From Candidatus Parcubacteria bacterium (GTDB lineage: Bacteria > Patescibacteriota > Minisyncoccia > Phycocordibacterales > Phycocordibacteraceae): 64,000 nucleotides of DNA. The stretch spans positions 975 through 64,974 of the forward strand of contig JAXDML010000009.1 in NCBI GenBank assembly GCA_034666125.1, given 5' to 3'. The notes under the pieces are model-generated. The model saw nothing but the letters and a program-made list of their open reading frames with translations. It searched no databases and had not been told where the DNA came from. Shown here piece after piece: positions 62,860 through 64,000 of this stretch. The translations under genes and the position numbers were made by a program. Numbering within the stretch: the first letter of the stretch is position 1; each line of letters starts with the position of its first letter.

Positions 62860-64000
62860 CTACTTAGGCTCGATCGCGATGGTCCGAAGCACCGCCGCGA
62901 CGATATGTTCCCTCTCCTGAGCCGTGAGCGCTTCTTCGTTCGCTACCTGTTGCGGATAGTCCGAGAAGATAAAGGAGACCACCGCATTGCCTTTGACCGC
63001 CTGGTATTCGTACTGGATTTGCGTTGCCCGGTAGTCACTGCATGTGCCAAGGCCTTTCAGAGGACCGATGAACTTCACGGACATCCCTTCGATCGTGAGC
63101 ATCTTCGATGCGGCATGCGAATTGCGTGTTCCAGAGGCCGACACTTGCTCCCTGAATTCTGCAGGGGTCAGTACGGTGAGCACCTTGCCCCAATCTTCGG
63201 GAACGTACCCTTCTCTCGGCGTAGTGGCGTTGAGCTTCGGGTACACGCCTGGCTGTAGCTTGATAGATACCCCGGTATTCCCTGCTCCGAATCCGAAGTC
63301 CATATCCGCGTAAGTTTCCTCAAGCCCGCACAGCTGTTTGTGATAGAGCGGCGTTACGCTGGTTTCGCTCTCAAGCTGAGTATCGCGATCTCCCCAGCTC
63401 TCCCCTACGGGACTGAGTCCGGGAAGGACGAACGATACGCGCGCGGTATCCATAGGATACTCGGGGTCATCGGCGCTCGTGAATTGCTGGCTGAAATTGC
63501 CCGACTCGTCCCGATACGCCGGGGTGACAAACGTAAGCACATAGCGATGAGAGTAGATGGTCAGGTACCGCTCGAACCTTTTTCCTTGCAAATCCGTCCC
63601 GGCAAGGCGCATAGCGCGATACCGCTCTCCGTCAGGCACTATAGATAGCGACGAAATATCTCCTACGTCCTTGAGCTCGACGATCTTGTTGATCTGTATA
63701 TAGGAAGAGGTGTCGGACTGCATTACCTCGAAGTCGACCAGGTACGTCTTATTTCCCGAAACGAACGTGCCGACCCCGACCTGAGAATAGTTGGTGCCCA
63801 GATACACCAAGTGCCGGAGCGCGGTCTTGCCCTGTCGTGTGATTTCCTGGCAAAGGCCGTTATCGTCGATCTTCGCCGTGTAGATCTCGTTGTCGATCCA
63901 GCCTTGCGCGTAGCGGTCGTCGCAACTGATCGTGTCTGCCGCGCCGAATTGCCGGATGAACTCTTCATAAAAAGCCGCGTTGTCCTCGGAGCCGTAGGGC
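62860..64000 (-). CDS. Hypothetical protein, 3' portion; the reading frame continues without a stop to the window end
   Basis: The track ORF begins at a TTG at 63810, but the frame stays open upstream through position 64000 (...PYGSEDNAAFYEEFIRQFGAADTISCDDRYAQGWIDNEIYTAKIDDNGLCQEITRQGKTALRHLV...). Confidence 0.4.
   Translation of the reverse strand, partial: PYGSEDNAAFYEEFIRQFGAADTISCDDRYAQGWIDNEIYTAKIDDNGLCQEITRQGKTALRHLVYLGTNYSQVGVGTFVSGNKTYLVDFEVMQSDTSSYIQINKIVELKDVGDISSLSIVPDGERYRAMRLAGTDLQGKRFERYLTIYSHRYVLTFVTPAYRDESGNFSQQFTSADDPEYPMDTARVSFVLPGLSPVGESWGDRDTQLESETSVTPLYHKQLCGLEETYADMDFGFGAGNTGVSIKLQPGVYPKLNATTPREGYVPEDWGKVLTVLTPAEFREQVSASGTRNSHAASKMLTIEGMSVKFIGPLKGLGTCSDYRATQIQYEYQAVKGNAVVSFIFSDYPQQVANEEALTAQEREHIVAAVLRTIAIEPK

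Overview
High-GC (about 60-65%), gene-dense bacterial chromosome segment. Most of it is housekeeping: ftsK, recA, an ECF sigma/anti-sigma operon, efp, rpsF-ssb-rpsR, tatD, metG, glyS, ileS, argS, glyA, tmk, dut, rplK-nusG-secE, mscL, rplS, rluA, acyP, murE/murF, a P-type ATPase, a histidine kinase and four tRNAs (His, Leu-GAG, Val-TAC, Leu-CAG). The gene repertoire and architecture (small proteins, alpha2-type GlyRS, eukaryote-like IleRS, many T/S-rich surface proteins) suggest a reduced-genome, possibly Patescibacteria/CPR-like organism; this is inference only. Three things stand out. (1) A codirectional five-gene island at 34960-40744 sits between the dut-tmk-glyA operon and rplK-nusG-secE. 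It encodes an unknown 300-aa protein, a tandem-duplicated cytidine-deaminase-fold protein, an 801-aa protein (novel N-terminal region fused to a divergent thymidylate-synthase/pyrimidine-hydroxymethylase-like domain), a HAD phosphatase and a 2OG-Fe(II) dioxygenase. I read it as a putative, undescribed pyrimidine nucleotide modification or salvage module. (2) The IleRS gene carries an inserted, complete histidine-phosphatase (RHG) domain of about 190 aa inside its catalytic core. (3) A conserved 25-30 bp site (CTGGCAGTCTGGGACGAYGTTGGAAC) occurs five times, always in the same orientation and always at the boundaries of low-GC small accessory genes (two P-loop kinases, a Trp-rich membrane protein, a NUDIX hydrolase), which suggests site-bounded gene cassettes. 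There is also a nine-gene operon (15968-26199) of secreted or membrane-anchored beta-rich surface proteins, one with a dockerin module. No transposase, integrase, CRISPR array or rRNA was seen. Coordinates I derived by hand (tRNAs, repeats, terminators, adjusted starts) may be off by 1-2 nt.
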